Source: Candidatus Heimdallarchaeum endolithica
Lineage (GTDB): Archaea > Asgardarchaeota > Heimdallarchaeia > Heimdallarchaeales > Heimdallarchaeaceae
Length of the DNA: 64,000 nt
NCBI GenBank assembly: GCA_021513715.1
Contig: CP084167.1
Span: 1,728,001 to 1,792,000 of the forward strand
Reading direction: 5' to 3'
Shown: positions 51,051 through 60,144 of the stretch, one piece after another
Layout: each line of letters begins with the position of its first letter
How positions within the stretch are numbered: position 1 is the stretch's first letter
The notes under the pieces: model-generated
Database searches by the model: none
What the model was told of the DNA's origin: nothing
The model's input: the letters and a program-made list of their open reading frames with translations, nothing else
Translations under genes and position numbers: made by a program

Positions 51051-51080
51051 ACCTCAGGAACTTAAAGCCCTTCATAAGGT
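51051..51080 (-). promoter_or_regulatory. K-turn in the L7Ae 5' UTR (autoregulatory element)
   Basis: Minus strand ACC-TT-ATGAAGG-GCTTTAAGTTC-CTGA-GGT. The 3' arm overlaps SD GAGGTGA; TATA TTTAAATA lies about 25 nt upstream. Confidence 0.78.
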
Positions 51081-51199
51081 CATCTGTAACAAACGTATTA
51101 ATTTTATTTAAAAGGATTAGTATTTGAGAGAAATGAAAACAAGATACAGCAAAAAAGAAGATTTTTGGCTATAAGGTTATAAAACGCTGTATGCTATTT

Positions 51200-51928
51200 T
51201 TATATTTGCAGTTTCTCTTTTAATTTATCTTTGATATCTATGTCCTTTGTGAAGCGATAGTGTAGATAAATTAAGAATAGTCCTATCACTACAGTAGGTG
51301 TTAAGACAAATAATGACCAACTTATCGTCCTTGAAATAATTATTTCAAGACAAAAAGTTAATCCACCTATTCCAAATAGGATAAATGCAGCAATGTTCGC
51401 TCCTTTTTTTTTCACCAAAATAGAAGCAAGCACAACTAATGAAGAGAATAGGATTGTAACAATTACAATGGGTAGTGCATAAGTGACATACCATTCTAAT
51501 TTCCAATCGTCAAAATAATCAACCAAAGCCAGAAAACCCATGACAAATGAAACTTCACCCAAAACTAGAATAATTGGTTTCTTAGGAAAAAGCAAAGGTA
51601 TTGCTACTGTTCCCCAAATAAATAAAAATCCTAACATTGGAAACCTAGCCCATGTTATACTTTTATTAATTATTAAATCTAAGAATGTGGTAATCAAAAA
51701 TGGTAAAGCAAGAGAAATACTAACTATTTCTAAAGCAAACATCCTTTTTTCTTTTTCCGTTCTTCTTTTTATAGAGGATTCTTCAATTGGTTCATCTGGA
51801 TACTTTTTAGCAACCTTTATCTCACTAATGTCTTCTAGTTTTTGTATGGGAGTATTACATAAAGGACACTTTTCTACTCCAGGATCAACCTCTACTCCAC
51901 ATCTAGAACAATATGGCATGTTTTTCAC
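51200..51928 (-). CDS. zinc-ribbon + multi-TM membrane protein (DUF6320-like)
   Basis: MPYCSRCGVEV...CPLC, YP motif, about 6 TM, WS motif, basic tail; follows the acyltransferase genes. Confidence 0.75.
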   Translation of the reverse strand: MKNMPYCSRCGVEVDPGVEKCPLCNTPIQKLEDISEIKVAKKYPDEPIEESSIKRRTEKEKRMFALEIVSISLALPFLITTFLDLIINKSITWARFPMLGFLFIWGTVAIPLLFPKKPIILVLGEVSFVMGFLALVDYFDDWKLEWYVTYALPIVIVTILFSSLVVLASILVKKKGANIAAFILFGIGGLTFCLEIIISRTISWSLFVLTPTVVIGLFLIYLHYRFTKDIDIKDKLKEKLQI

Positions 51929-52011
51929 TCTGTCACATTATTTTTTAAATTTATGCCTAAAGAATTTTACTTTTAATATTATAAAAAAGCTAGAAGATTG
52001 TTCAAAAATTC

Positions 52012-53301
52012 TCAGTTAGATTCAATTTTAACAGGAATACCCATTTTGACAATTTTTCTAAAGAAAATCTTTTCTAGTTCCTTAGAATTACTAACATTAC
52101 CAAAGTTGATATATAATTTATTTTTAAAACTAACGACCCCACAACTAACTTTTCTTTCTGGATTAGTTCCAGGAAGAAATTGAAAGTCTTCAACATGTTC
52201 TTCCATTTCTGGAGGAAGTTTCACAACACCTAAGTTTGAGAGAGAACCAGAATATCTTTTTTCTCCATAACCCATATAGATAAGTCGTCCGAACAGTTTT
52301 TTTATAAATAACGGCATTATTCGCAAAATCGGATTAAGTTCTGCCCTTACATTTTGTCTAATACTTTGACTAATGTACTTATCGTTAAGTTCAGTTCGCA
52401 TAAAGTGATATACTTCTTTAATTATTTCATCAAAAGTAAACTTACCAAGCCGAGAATCAATACCAGGAGTTACAAAAAGAGAAAAGTTTCTCATGGTTTT
52501 ACTTGGATAAATTCGTCGAAGGTTTATTGGTATTGAAACTCTTATGGGTTTTAATTTTCTTTTTGGTTTATTTTTCAGAAAATTGAACTGTATTTCTTGC
52601 AAAGAGTCCAAATATATTGCAACCAAAAACTCTGTTACAGTTACATTGTATTCTTTAGCTTTTTTTATGAATTCTTTTACTGGAATAATTCCAGTAGTTA
52701 GATGGTAAACACCAGGTTTTTCTAATTTATATGGAAGTCTGAACGCTTTTGGCGGAAGTTTTATTGACGGAAGGTTCTTATCATAGAATTTTTTATAAGA
52801 ATCTTCATATTCCTCAAAACTTGGTTCCTCACTAATATCAAAAACATCCTCCACCTTATGGGCTTTAACACCACGTAATTTTAGATACTCTACAACAAGA
52901 GTTTTCAGAAAAATTATCCCTCCTGTACCATCAGTTATTGAATGGTGAAATTCAATTGCGATTCTGTTTTGGAAAGCTCTTACTCTAAAAGGAAAAGTTC
53001 CTCGTTTTCTCACATGTAGTTCTTTACAAGGATATTTAGAGTCAGCTTCGACGCGAGGAAAAGTTTTTAATTTTCTGAGATAGTACCAAAAAAGTCCAGG
53101 ACGAAGATTTACTCTAAAATAAGGAAAACGGATTATTGTTTTATTAAGTGCAGTTTGAAGAAGACTAACATTAACTGGTTCTTTTAGAGTCACAGATAGC
53201 CTAAAAAGGGCAGGAATCCTTGGAGAAGAGACCAAAGAAAAAATTACTGCAGCATTATCTAGACGAAACCATTCACGAAAAGTTTCTTTCCTTTCCTTCA
53301 T
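52012..53301 (-). CDS. alcohol acetyltransferase-like CoA-dependent acyltransferase (condensation-domain fold), copy 2
   Basis: WFRLDNAA, GLFWYYL, FHHSITDGTG (HxxxDG), PINLR..PSKTMRNF, SNLG. Confidence 0.85.
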   Translation of the reverse strand: MKERKETFREWFRLDNAAVIFSLVSSPRIPALFRLSVTLKEPVNVSLLQTALNKTIIRFPYFRVNLRPGLFWYYLRKLKTFPRVEADSKYPCKELHVRKRGTFPFRVRAFQNRIAIEFHHSITDGTGGIIFLKTLVVEYLKLRGVKAHKVEDVFDISEEPSFEEYEDSYKKFYDKNLPSIKLPPKAFRLPYKLEKPGVYHLTTGIIPVKEFIKKAKEYNVTVTEFLVAIYLDSLQEIQFNFLKNKPKRKLKPIRVSIPINLRRIYPSKTMRNFSLFVTPGIDSRLGKFTFDEIIKEVYHFMRTELNDKYISQSIRQNVRAELNPILRIMPLFIKKLFGRLIYMGYGEKRYSGSLSNLGVVKLPPEMEEHVEDFQFLPGTNPERKVSCGVVSFKNKLYINFGNVSNSKELEKIFFRKIVKMGIPVKIESN

Positions 53302-53425
53302 TCAAACCACAAGATTATTTTTAGACAATTTTTTTATTTCGAATAAGGTATTTTTATCACATTATTTATACCTCGTCACTAGTTATACTAAATCAAAGTT
53401 ATAATTAACCTTAATCTTTTTTGAT

Positions 53426-54760
53426 TTAGTTTGTTTCGATTTTTACTTTTAAACCTAATTTTCTTAATCTTGTGAAAAACAGCCTTTCCACTTCTGATTC
53501 TTTTACGACTCTTCCAAAGTTAATGTACAAACTATCTTTAAAACTTACAATTGCACAACCTGTTTTCAATACTGGACTGGGAGCAGGAAGGAATTGAAAC
53601 TCTTCAATATAATTTTCTAATGGGTCTGGCATTGAAACTTTACCCAAATTAGTTAAAACGCCAGAATAAAGAAACTCTCCAAGGTGGTTATAAATTAATT
53701 TTCCAAACATTTTTTTGATAAACAATGGTGTAGCTTGCATAAGTGGGTGAAACTCTCCACGTACATTTCTAGCAATTTGTTGGTTAATATACTTATCATT
53801 AACTTCTACCCTCATATAATGGAAAACTTCTTTCAGTATCTCATCAAAAGTAAATTTACCTAGACGAGGATCGATTCCAGGAGTAACATAGAGTGAAAAA
53901 TTTCTCATAGTTTTACTTGGGTATATACGGCGAAGATTCACTGGAATCATTAACCGAATAGGTTTCAACAACTTTTTCTGTTGCTTTTCAGGTAAAGAAA
54001 GCAAAATTTCTTGTAAAGCATCAATATAAACAGCTGAAAGGAATTCAGTTAAAGAAACAGAATGACTTTTAGTGAGTTTTAACAAATCACGTATTGGAAC
54101 TATGCCAGTAGTAATATGATAGATACCTTTTTTCTCGAGCTTATATGGGAGCTGAAAAGCACGTATAATTTTTTCAGGTTCAGGAACAGTTTTCTCATAA
54201 TACCGCTTAAAAGCATCTTCAAATTCTTCAGGATTGGGTTTTTGATCAGGACGAAAAACATCTTTCCAATCTTCAACTTTAGTACCTAAAAGATGGAAAT
54301 ATTCGCCCACTAAGGCTCGGAGAAAAGTTAAAGCTCCAGTACCGTCAGTTAAAGAATGATGAAACTCGACAGCGATTCGATTTTGATAAGCACGAACACG
54401 AAAAGGAAGAAAACCTTTTCTCCTTATTGGCATTTTTTGACATGGATTACGCTCATCTAAGATTACTTTAGGTGTTCCTCTAACTTCACGCCAATGATAC
54501 CAAGAAAAACCTGGACGTAAATTGACATAATAGTAAGGAAAACGGGGGAGAATATTTTCAAAAGCTTGTTGCAAAACCTTTACTTTCACAGGTTCTTTAA
54601 GAGAAGACGATAATCTGAATAAACAAGGAATCCTTCTACTAGAAACTAAACTAAACAAAGTAGCAGCATTATCCAATAAATATCGATTTTTTTTACAGAA
54701 AAATTCTTCACTTACAACTGTTTCATTTACATTTTCTTTATCAGAATGTGTCTGGTTCAA
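53426..54760 (-). CDS. alcohol acetyltransferase-like CoA-dependent acyltransferase, copy 1
   Basis: LDNAA, FHHSLTDGTG, PVNLRRIYPSKTMRNF, TNLG; clear paralog of 52012..53301. Confidence 0.85.
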   Translation of the reverse strand: MNQTHSDKENVNETVVSEEFFCKKNRYLLDNAATLFSLVSSRRIPCLFRLSSSLKEPVKVKVLQQAFENILPRFPYYYVNLRPGFSWYHWREVRGTPKVILDERNPCQKMPIRRKGFLPFRVRAYQNRIAVEFHHSLTDGTGALTFLRALVGEYFHLLGTKVEDWKDVFRPDQKPNPEEFEDAFKRYYEKTVPEPEKIIRAFQLPYKLEKKGIYHITTGIVPIRDLLKLTKSHSVSLTEFLSAVYIDALQEILLSLPEKQQKKLLKPIRLMIPVNLRRIYPSKTMRNFSLYVTPGIDPRLGKFTFDEILKEVFHYMRVEVNDKYINQQIARNVRGEFHPLMQATPLFIKKMFGKLIYNHLGEFLYSGVLTNLGKVSMPDPLENYIEEFQFLPAPSPVLKTGCAIVSFKDSLYINFGRVVKESEVERLFFTRLRKLGLKVKIETN

Positions 54761-54820
54761 ATTCTCACCAACATATTCAATTGGAAATTAACAACTTAAT
54801 TTAAGACGATATTTAATGCT

Positions 54821-55642
54821 TTATTTTGCTGAAGAAGATGAATGAATAAAAAACTTTGCAATCCGTGTTGCAATATAAGCAACAACAGACAAACCAAAAA
54901 GCAAATATAAACCCCCATCCACCAATAAAGCAGCTGTTGCCCAATAAATGAAAGAAACAAACTTCTTGGTTAGAGTAAGATCACGAAGCAAATAAGGGAT
55001 ACGTAAAATAAGAGTTGCCGCAATAACATAAAGCATAGGTGCAAAACCAATAGAAAGGAGTTTAGCTCGTAAGGTAGGACCACGTCGGAAAGTAGTGAAC
55101 TCAGGATGAAAATCAGAACTTTTCCTTTTTTCATATTTAGAAAGCAATATGGGAATAGGAATAGTTACTTTGGAAAGAGAATCTTTTCTAACATGAATAA
55201 AATGAAATCCACGTTCTTCAAAAAGAGCGATTAGCTTGTAAGCAGCTTCAAAATCAACCCTTAAATCATAAGCAATAAGTTTCTTTGTTCGAATACGAAT
55301 TAAATAATCCTTGTCATAAGATAATAAATAAATTCCAAATAATTCAGAAAAGAGCCATTCTTTATTATTTTTGGGTTCATGAATAATAAATTTGTCAACA
55401 TTAAAATCAATAATTATTTCTCCACGGATAATTAAATAGATTAAAATAAGCAGGAGAGCATTTAACAAGCCAAAATAAAACCAAAGACTTAAACCAAATA
55501 GACGACCAATATGGATTTCGTTATGATATGGGATATAATAAGCTAAAGAAGTAACAACAATAAGCAAGAATAAAGTAGAGTATCTAACATGCATCCGTTG
55601 CTCAAAATGCCCATTATTAAAGGAGTAATCCATACTTGTCAA
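54821..55642 (-). CDS. hypothetical membrane protein (2 TM + soluble domain + 2 TM)
   Basis: Hydrophobic pairs flank a beta-rich segment; no family recognised. Confidence 0.55.
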   Translation of the reverse strand: MTSMDYSFNNGHFEQRMHVRYSTLFLLIVVTSLAYYIPYHNEIHIGRLFGLSLWFYFGLLNALLLILIYLIIRGEIIIDFNVDKFIIHEPKNNKEWLFSELFGIYLLSYDKDYLIRIRTKKLIAYDLRVDFEAAYKLIALFEERGFHFIHVRKDSLSKVTIPIPILLSKYEKRKSSDFHPEFTTFRRGPTLRAKLLSIGFAPMLYVIAATLILRIPYLLRDLTLTKKFVSFIYWATAALLVDGGLYLLFGLSVVAYIATRIAKFFIHSSSSAK

Positions 55643-55746
55643 GATGTAATAAACAAAGAAACATTATAAAACTTTTTCATTATAATAATATTTTATATCG
55701 ATAAAATAATGAAAAGAAAAAGAAAAGTTGAAAAAAAAGAGAAAAA

Positions 55747-56301
55747 TTAAAAACTAAAATCATCAAATTCTTGCTCATGGACATATTGCGATAAAGATAA
55801 TTCAGAGAAAGGAGAGAGACCAACATATGACCATTGACCAATTACTTCAACAATAATAATCAGATCAGGATTTTCTAAATCAACTTTACCATTAGCAATT
55901 TTTAAGGCAATAGAAGAGATAATAGACTTTCTATCTAATTGAGTGTGTCTACGACGTAAAAGAATTTTCCAACTGTGCTCAGAACTAATTTTAGAAGAGA
56001 GAAGAGAACCAATTTGCTCAAAATTGTCTAAAGAAGAAGACATCTCATACTGAAAAGGAACCAATTTTAAACAAAATCTAAAAATAGAAGGATCAGATTC
56101 CACTAAACGAGTTAGAAGTTCTAAAGTAGTAACAGAATCCTGCTCAAAAAAAGCTAGAGACAAACCAGAAATTTTCTTAACAGGATATACAGTTACATCA
56201 TCATAGCCCAACAATTCAGTAAGGGCATAGTAAACCTCACTAGAAGCACTACGTTCAAAATTCCTAGCACTAGAAATAACTAAACCATTCTTTTCGTTCA
56301 T
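55747..56301 (-). CDS. stand-alone THUMP-domain protein (Tan1-like)
   Basis: LVISSARNFERSA..E, LKLVP, WKILLRRR, VDLENPDLIIIVEVIG. Start ATG 56301. Confidence 0.85.
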   Translation of the reverse strand: MNEKNGLVISSARNFERSASSEVYYALTELLGYDDVTVYPVKKISGLSLAFFEQDSVTTLELLTRLVESDPSIFRFCLKLVPFQYEMSSSLDNFEQIGSLLSSKISSEHSWKILLRRRHTQLDRKSIISSIALKIANGKVDLENPDLIIIVEVIGQWSYVGLSPFSELSLSQYVHEQEFDDFSF

Positions 56302-56460
56302 ATTAATATAAAAAAGATGAGGTTTTAAAAGATTGCTTAAAGAAATTAAATGTAAAAAAAGAGCCAATAAGGGAAATATTTAAAGAATAAGAGCAGAAAA
56401 GAAAAGTTAATAAAAGGTGAAAAAGAGTAAAACACAAGAAACATAAAAAAACAAAAACAA

Positions 56461-56577
56461 AGCGCGGTAGGATAGATTTGGTATAGTCCGCTGGGCTCAT
56501 ATTTCAATTTCAAGCCCTCTAACAAGGGTTTAGGAGAAACCCAGAGATCGGTGGTTCGAGTCCACCCCGCGCTACCA
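56461..56577 (+). tRNA. initiator tRNA-Met (CAU) with a 37-nt intron at 37/38 and encoded CCA
   Basis: A1-U72, G11-C24, three G-C anticodon-stem pairs, anticodon CAT 56498-56500, intron 56502-56538 with a relaxed BHB, T-arm GGTGG TTCGAGT CCACC. Confidence 0.95.
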
Positions 56578-57140
56578 TTATTATTCTGCTATTTTTTCAT
56601 TTCAGTTTTTTTAGTTGTTTTCATTTTCTTTTTTTTAGCAAAGTTCAAATATTTTCTTATTATTCGCGCTGTATGCCTTCTGAATCATCTTATTCATTTT
56701 GTATTCCTTGAACCTCGATTTCTTTGTTCTCATTGTCCGTTTTACACTCTTAAAGAATGTTTTTTGAGGTGTGGTGCTCTTTGGGGAATGCCTAAGTTCT
56801 GGCGTTTTCGTCCTGAACCTATTAATGCTTTTGAGCGCTATCTTATGTTACTTTTTGGCAGTGTCATTGATCTTTCTCCCTTAACTGGAATGATTTATGG
56901 TCTAATTTTCTTTTTTAAGCAACCTAATTTACATTTAATTTCTGGTATTTTACTTGTTTTTAATTCTGTACTTTTCCTTATTTTAGTCTATTACTTTTCT
57001 AAAGTTCTTCTTGGTTATCGTTGTAAAAAATGTTTGAACTTTTCTTGTTCAATGAACAAAGTAGAAGAAACTATTATTCAACAATTTTTGGATAAAAATC
57101 CCCTCCATTAAACCTTTCTGGGAAAAGTCAGAAAAACAGC
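56578..57140 (+). pseudogene. probable remnant of a Cys-rich membrane protein gene
   Basis: EPRFLCSHCPFY..LRC..GMPKFW and CKKCLNFSCSMNKV..NP motifs. The track start lies inside the tRNA; a possible frameshift near 57105 would give NPLIKPFWEKS. Confidence 0.55.
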
Positions 57141-57238
57141 AATATTTTTTCTTTTTATTTTAATTCTTCTTTTTATTGTTTATTCTTTTTTGTTTTTTTT
57201 TGTAAATATTTAAATATTTGATTTTCATTTTTTAGCTA

Positions 57239-58180
57239 ATGCATGATGATTACATTGTTCAAGTTGAGCACTTATCTCGCCGTTTTGGCTCTCGTATGGT
57301 TGTTTATAACCTTTCTATAAACATTCCTAAAGGATATATTTATGGATTATTAGGTCCTAATGGAGCAGGTAAAAGCACAACTATTAAAACTTTAACTGGT
57401 CGTATTCGCCCTACTTCTGGTACTGTTCGTGTTTTTGGTTTAGACCCTTGGACACATCGAAAACTAATCAATTTCCGCCTTGGCTATTTACCTGAAAACC
57501 CCTCTTTTTATCAAGATATGAAGGTCTTATCTTTCACAAAACTTGTGGCCCGACTTTACAACTTTTCTCGTTCTGAGGCTCTTTCTCGAGCTCGTGTTGT
57601 TTTAGATCTTTTGGGATTGGGTCGTTTTGAGAATTATCGTGTAGGTAACTTGTCACAAGGCCAAAAACAACGTCTTGGTTTTGCTTGTGCTATTCTTAAT
57701 GAACCAGAGTTTCTTATTTTAGACGAACCTACTGCCAATCTTGACCCTGAAGGTCGTGTTTATGTTATGGACCTAATTTCCCGTTTACGTGATGAAGGAA
57801 AGACTATCCTCATTAGCAGTCACATTTTACCAGAAATTGAGCGTATGTGTGATTACATTGGTATTATTTCTAATGGTCACCTTCTAACATCTAAAAAGAC
57901 TACACAATTGATCAAGGATGTTTATGATCTTGAGTATAAAATAGTTGTTTCTGACCCAGAAGCTTTGGTTAAAGAGTTTTCTAAATGGGATTTTATATCA
58001 GATTTTACTCTTGAGGATAATTTAATAATTGTTGAAATCAAGAATGAACGCCTTAATGATTTATGGAAATCTGTACCTCAATTTTGTTCAGAGAATAATA
58101 TTGAACTTCGTACAATGTCTCCTGTGAAAGATCCTCTGGAGAAGGTTTTCTTGTCCTTAGTTCATATTGGAGGTGTTTAA
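57239..58180 (+). CDS. ABC-2 type exporter ATP-binding protein
   Basis: GPNGAGKST, LSQGQKQR, LDEPTANLDP, SSHIL. Confidence 0.95.
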   Translation: MHDDYIVQVEHLSRRFGSRMVVYNLSINIPKGYIYGLLGPNGAGKSTTIKTLTGRIRPTSGTVRVFGLDPWTHRKLINFRLGYLPENPSFYQDMKVLSFTKLVARLYNFSRSEALSRARVVLDLLGLGRFENYRVGNLSQGQKQRLGFACAILNEPEFLILDEPTANLDPEGRVYVMDLISRLRDEGKTILISSHILPEIERMCDYIGIISNGHLLTSKKTTQLIKDVYDLEYKIVVSDPEALVKEFSKWDFISDFTLEDNLIIVEIKNERLNDLWKSVPQFCSENNIELRTMSPVKDPLEKVFLSLVHIGGV

Positions 58181-59054
58181 TGTGAGTAATAACTTTTCAA
58201 CAATTTTCAACAGATTTGGTGATTTTTATCGCCGTTCTGGTTTATCTTTAAAGTCTTTTATTATTGCTAACCATACTTTTAATCAAAATCTCAAGAACAA
58301 GCGTTTTTACATTATTTTCTTTTATTTCCTTCTTCCTGTTTTTGGCAGCATTTTTGATGTTTTAATTTCTGAACCTTCATATTACTCAGGAAAAGCTTAT
58401 GCAGTTTATCAAATTCATCAATCTCTCAACAGTACTTTACAAGTTTGGTGGATGTCTATTTTTGGCCAATTATTTATTATTCTTATTGCGAGCGACGCTA
58501 TTTCTAGTGAATTTGAGAAGGGGACTATTTTGTCTCTTAAGTCTCGTCCAATTAGTAATGTTGACATTTTTCTGGGAAAATTCATTGGCATCATTATTCT
58601 TTCCTTTATTTTAGTTATTCCTGGAGGATTTATCATCTACCTAACTCAAATTTGGACCTACGCTCCCAAGAATTTTTGGTGGGTATTCTGGCATTCTCTT
58701 GATGAATTAATTGTTTGTCTTTTAGTTGTAATATTGGGATTTGTGTTACTACTTAGCATATGTTTTCTCTTCTCTTCAATATTCAACAAATCACTTCAAG
58801 CTACTTTAGTTTCTTTACTTGTTATCTTTGCAGTCCAGCTCCTATCCTCTGTTTTTTCTTTTTCAGATAATTTAATGAGTAAATTTAACATCACTCGTTA
58901 TTTACAACATTTTCTCAACCCTGTTTTATACAATGTCAATACAATAACTACATCAGGGTCCATTACAAACGAACTTATAGGTTTTATTGCTTTAATAACC
59001 ATTCTACAGTTTATTGGCTTTTGGATTTTTAGTAAAAAGGAGGTTCACCAATGA
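58167..59054 (+). CDS. ABC-2 type exporter permease
   Basis: ISSEFEKGTI..SRPI..GKF motif, 6 TM, FSKKEV end. The start may be GTG 58182. Confidence 0.9.
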   Translation: MEVFNVSNNFSTIFNRFGDFYRRSGLSLKSFIIANHTFNQNLKNKRFYIIFFYFLLPVFGSIFDVLISEPSYYSGKAYAVYQIHQSLNSTLQVWWMSIFGQLFIILIASDAISSEFEKGTILSLKSRPISNVDIFLGKFIGIIILSFILVIPGGFIIYLTQIWTYAPKNFWWVFWHSLDELIVCLLVVILGFVLLLSICFLFSSIFNKSLQATLVSLLVIFAVQLLSSVFSFSDNLMSKFNITRYLQHFLNPVLYNVNTITTSGSITNELIGFIALITILQFIGFWIFSKKEVHQ

Positions 59055-60115
59055 AATTCAAGAATATTTCACGGATAATATGTTTAACTCTTTTTATTTT
59101 TATTTTTAGTTCAACTTTTATTTCTGCAACTGAAACTACTACTGAACAAGGAGCAAAAACTAGGTTAGAACTGTTAGAAGAATTTATTCAGGATACTTAT
59201 TTAAATGACAGTTTCTCTAATGAACCTAACCAGAATTCTTCTATTGAATCCACTTACTATGGTGTTTTATTGTCTGATTACTTGAAAATTAGCTATGATA
59301 TTTATGATATTATTTTTTACATCCAAAAACATCAGAAAAGTGATTACGGTTTTTCTAATCAAATAAAACAAGAAACAACTATTAATGCTACCTTTTTTGC
59401 AGTTCAAACTTTAAAGCAATTAAGTGTAGGAAGTGAAGACCTTAACAATTGGCAGATTTTTCAATATCTCAATAAATCTATTTCAGAGATTCTTTATAAC
59501 CCTTCAAATTATGTTAATTTGACTACTCAAGATATTCTTACTATTAATCGTTTCTTTTTAGCTAGTTCTATCTTAAATGAAACTGTCCTATTTCCGTATA
59601 ATTCTCTAATTAATGCCCTAAAACAAATACAATTCACAAATGGTACCTATCCTAGTTTTTATTATGCAGTTGAGATTAGTTCTCTTCTTTCTCTTTTTGA
59701 ACAACCCCCTGCAGATGTACAAGGAACTATTCGTTATCTCAAATCATTTCGTTTTAACGATACTGGATTTACAAAAGACTCCTCTGATATCATTTCTATA
59801 AAGGACACTTACTATGCAATTTCAACAATTTATACTTTAGGAGAAGAAGTTGAAAACAAGAACAAGATTGTTGATGCTATTTTAGATCTACAAACTCCTG
59901 AGGGAGGTTTTATGGATAAAAAAAGTCAAAACCCTACTCTTGAAAGTTCTTATTTTGCTTATCAAATCCTTCTTCTGCTCAACAGTATAAAGAGTTTAGA
60001 TCAGCTAGCCTTTCTAGAATCCACAGGTTTTCTAAACTTTAATTTTCTCATAATAGGAAGTGTGTCTCTACTTTCACTAATAATAATTAGAAAAAAAAGA
60101 ACTAAAAAACTTTAA
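59051..60115 (+). CDS. secreted prenyltransferase/squalene-cyclase-repeat protein with a C-terminal membrane anchor
   Basis: Signal peptide; repeats of Q..(D/E)GGF...T(Y/F)(Y/F)A..(T)L; C-terminal TM plus RKKRTKK tail. Confidence 0.75.
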   Translation: MKFKNISRIICLTLFIFIFSSTFISATETTTEQGAKTRLELLEEFIQDTYLNDSFSNEPNQNSSIESTYYGVLLSDYLKISYDIYDIIFYIQKHQKSDYGFSNQIKQETTINATFFAVQTLKQLSVGSEDLNNWQIFQYLNKSISEILYNPSNYVNLTTQDILTINRFFLASSILNETVLFPYNSLINALKQIQFTNGTYPSFYYAVEISSLLSLFEQPPADVQGTIRYLKSFRFNDTGFTKDSSDIISIKDTYYAISTIYTLGEEVENKNKIVDAILDLQTPEGGFMDKKSQNPTLESSYFAYQILLLLNSIKSLDQLAFLESTGFLNFNFLIIGSVSLLSLIIIRKKRTKKL

Positions 60116-60144
60116 TTTTTGATTTTTATTTTTTTTTAAGTATT

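Noticed and set aside
56303-56577. ORF 56303..56500 (-) and the track start of 56551..57111
   Set aside because: They overlap the tRNA gene or are low-complexity translations of an A-rich tract.
56461-56577. tRNA-Leu/Ser with a long variable arm
   Set aside because: The extra sequence sits in the anticodon loop as a 37/38 intron, and the identity elements are those of initiator tRNA-Met.
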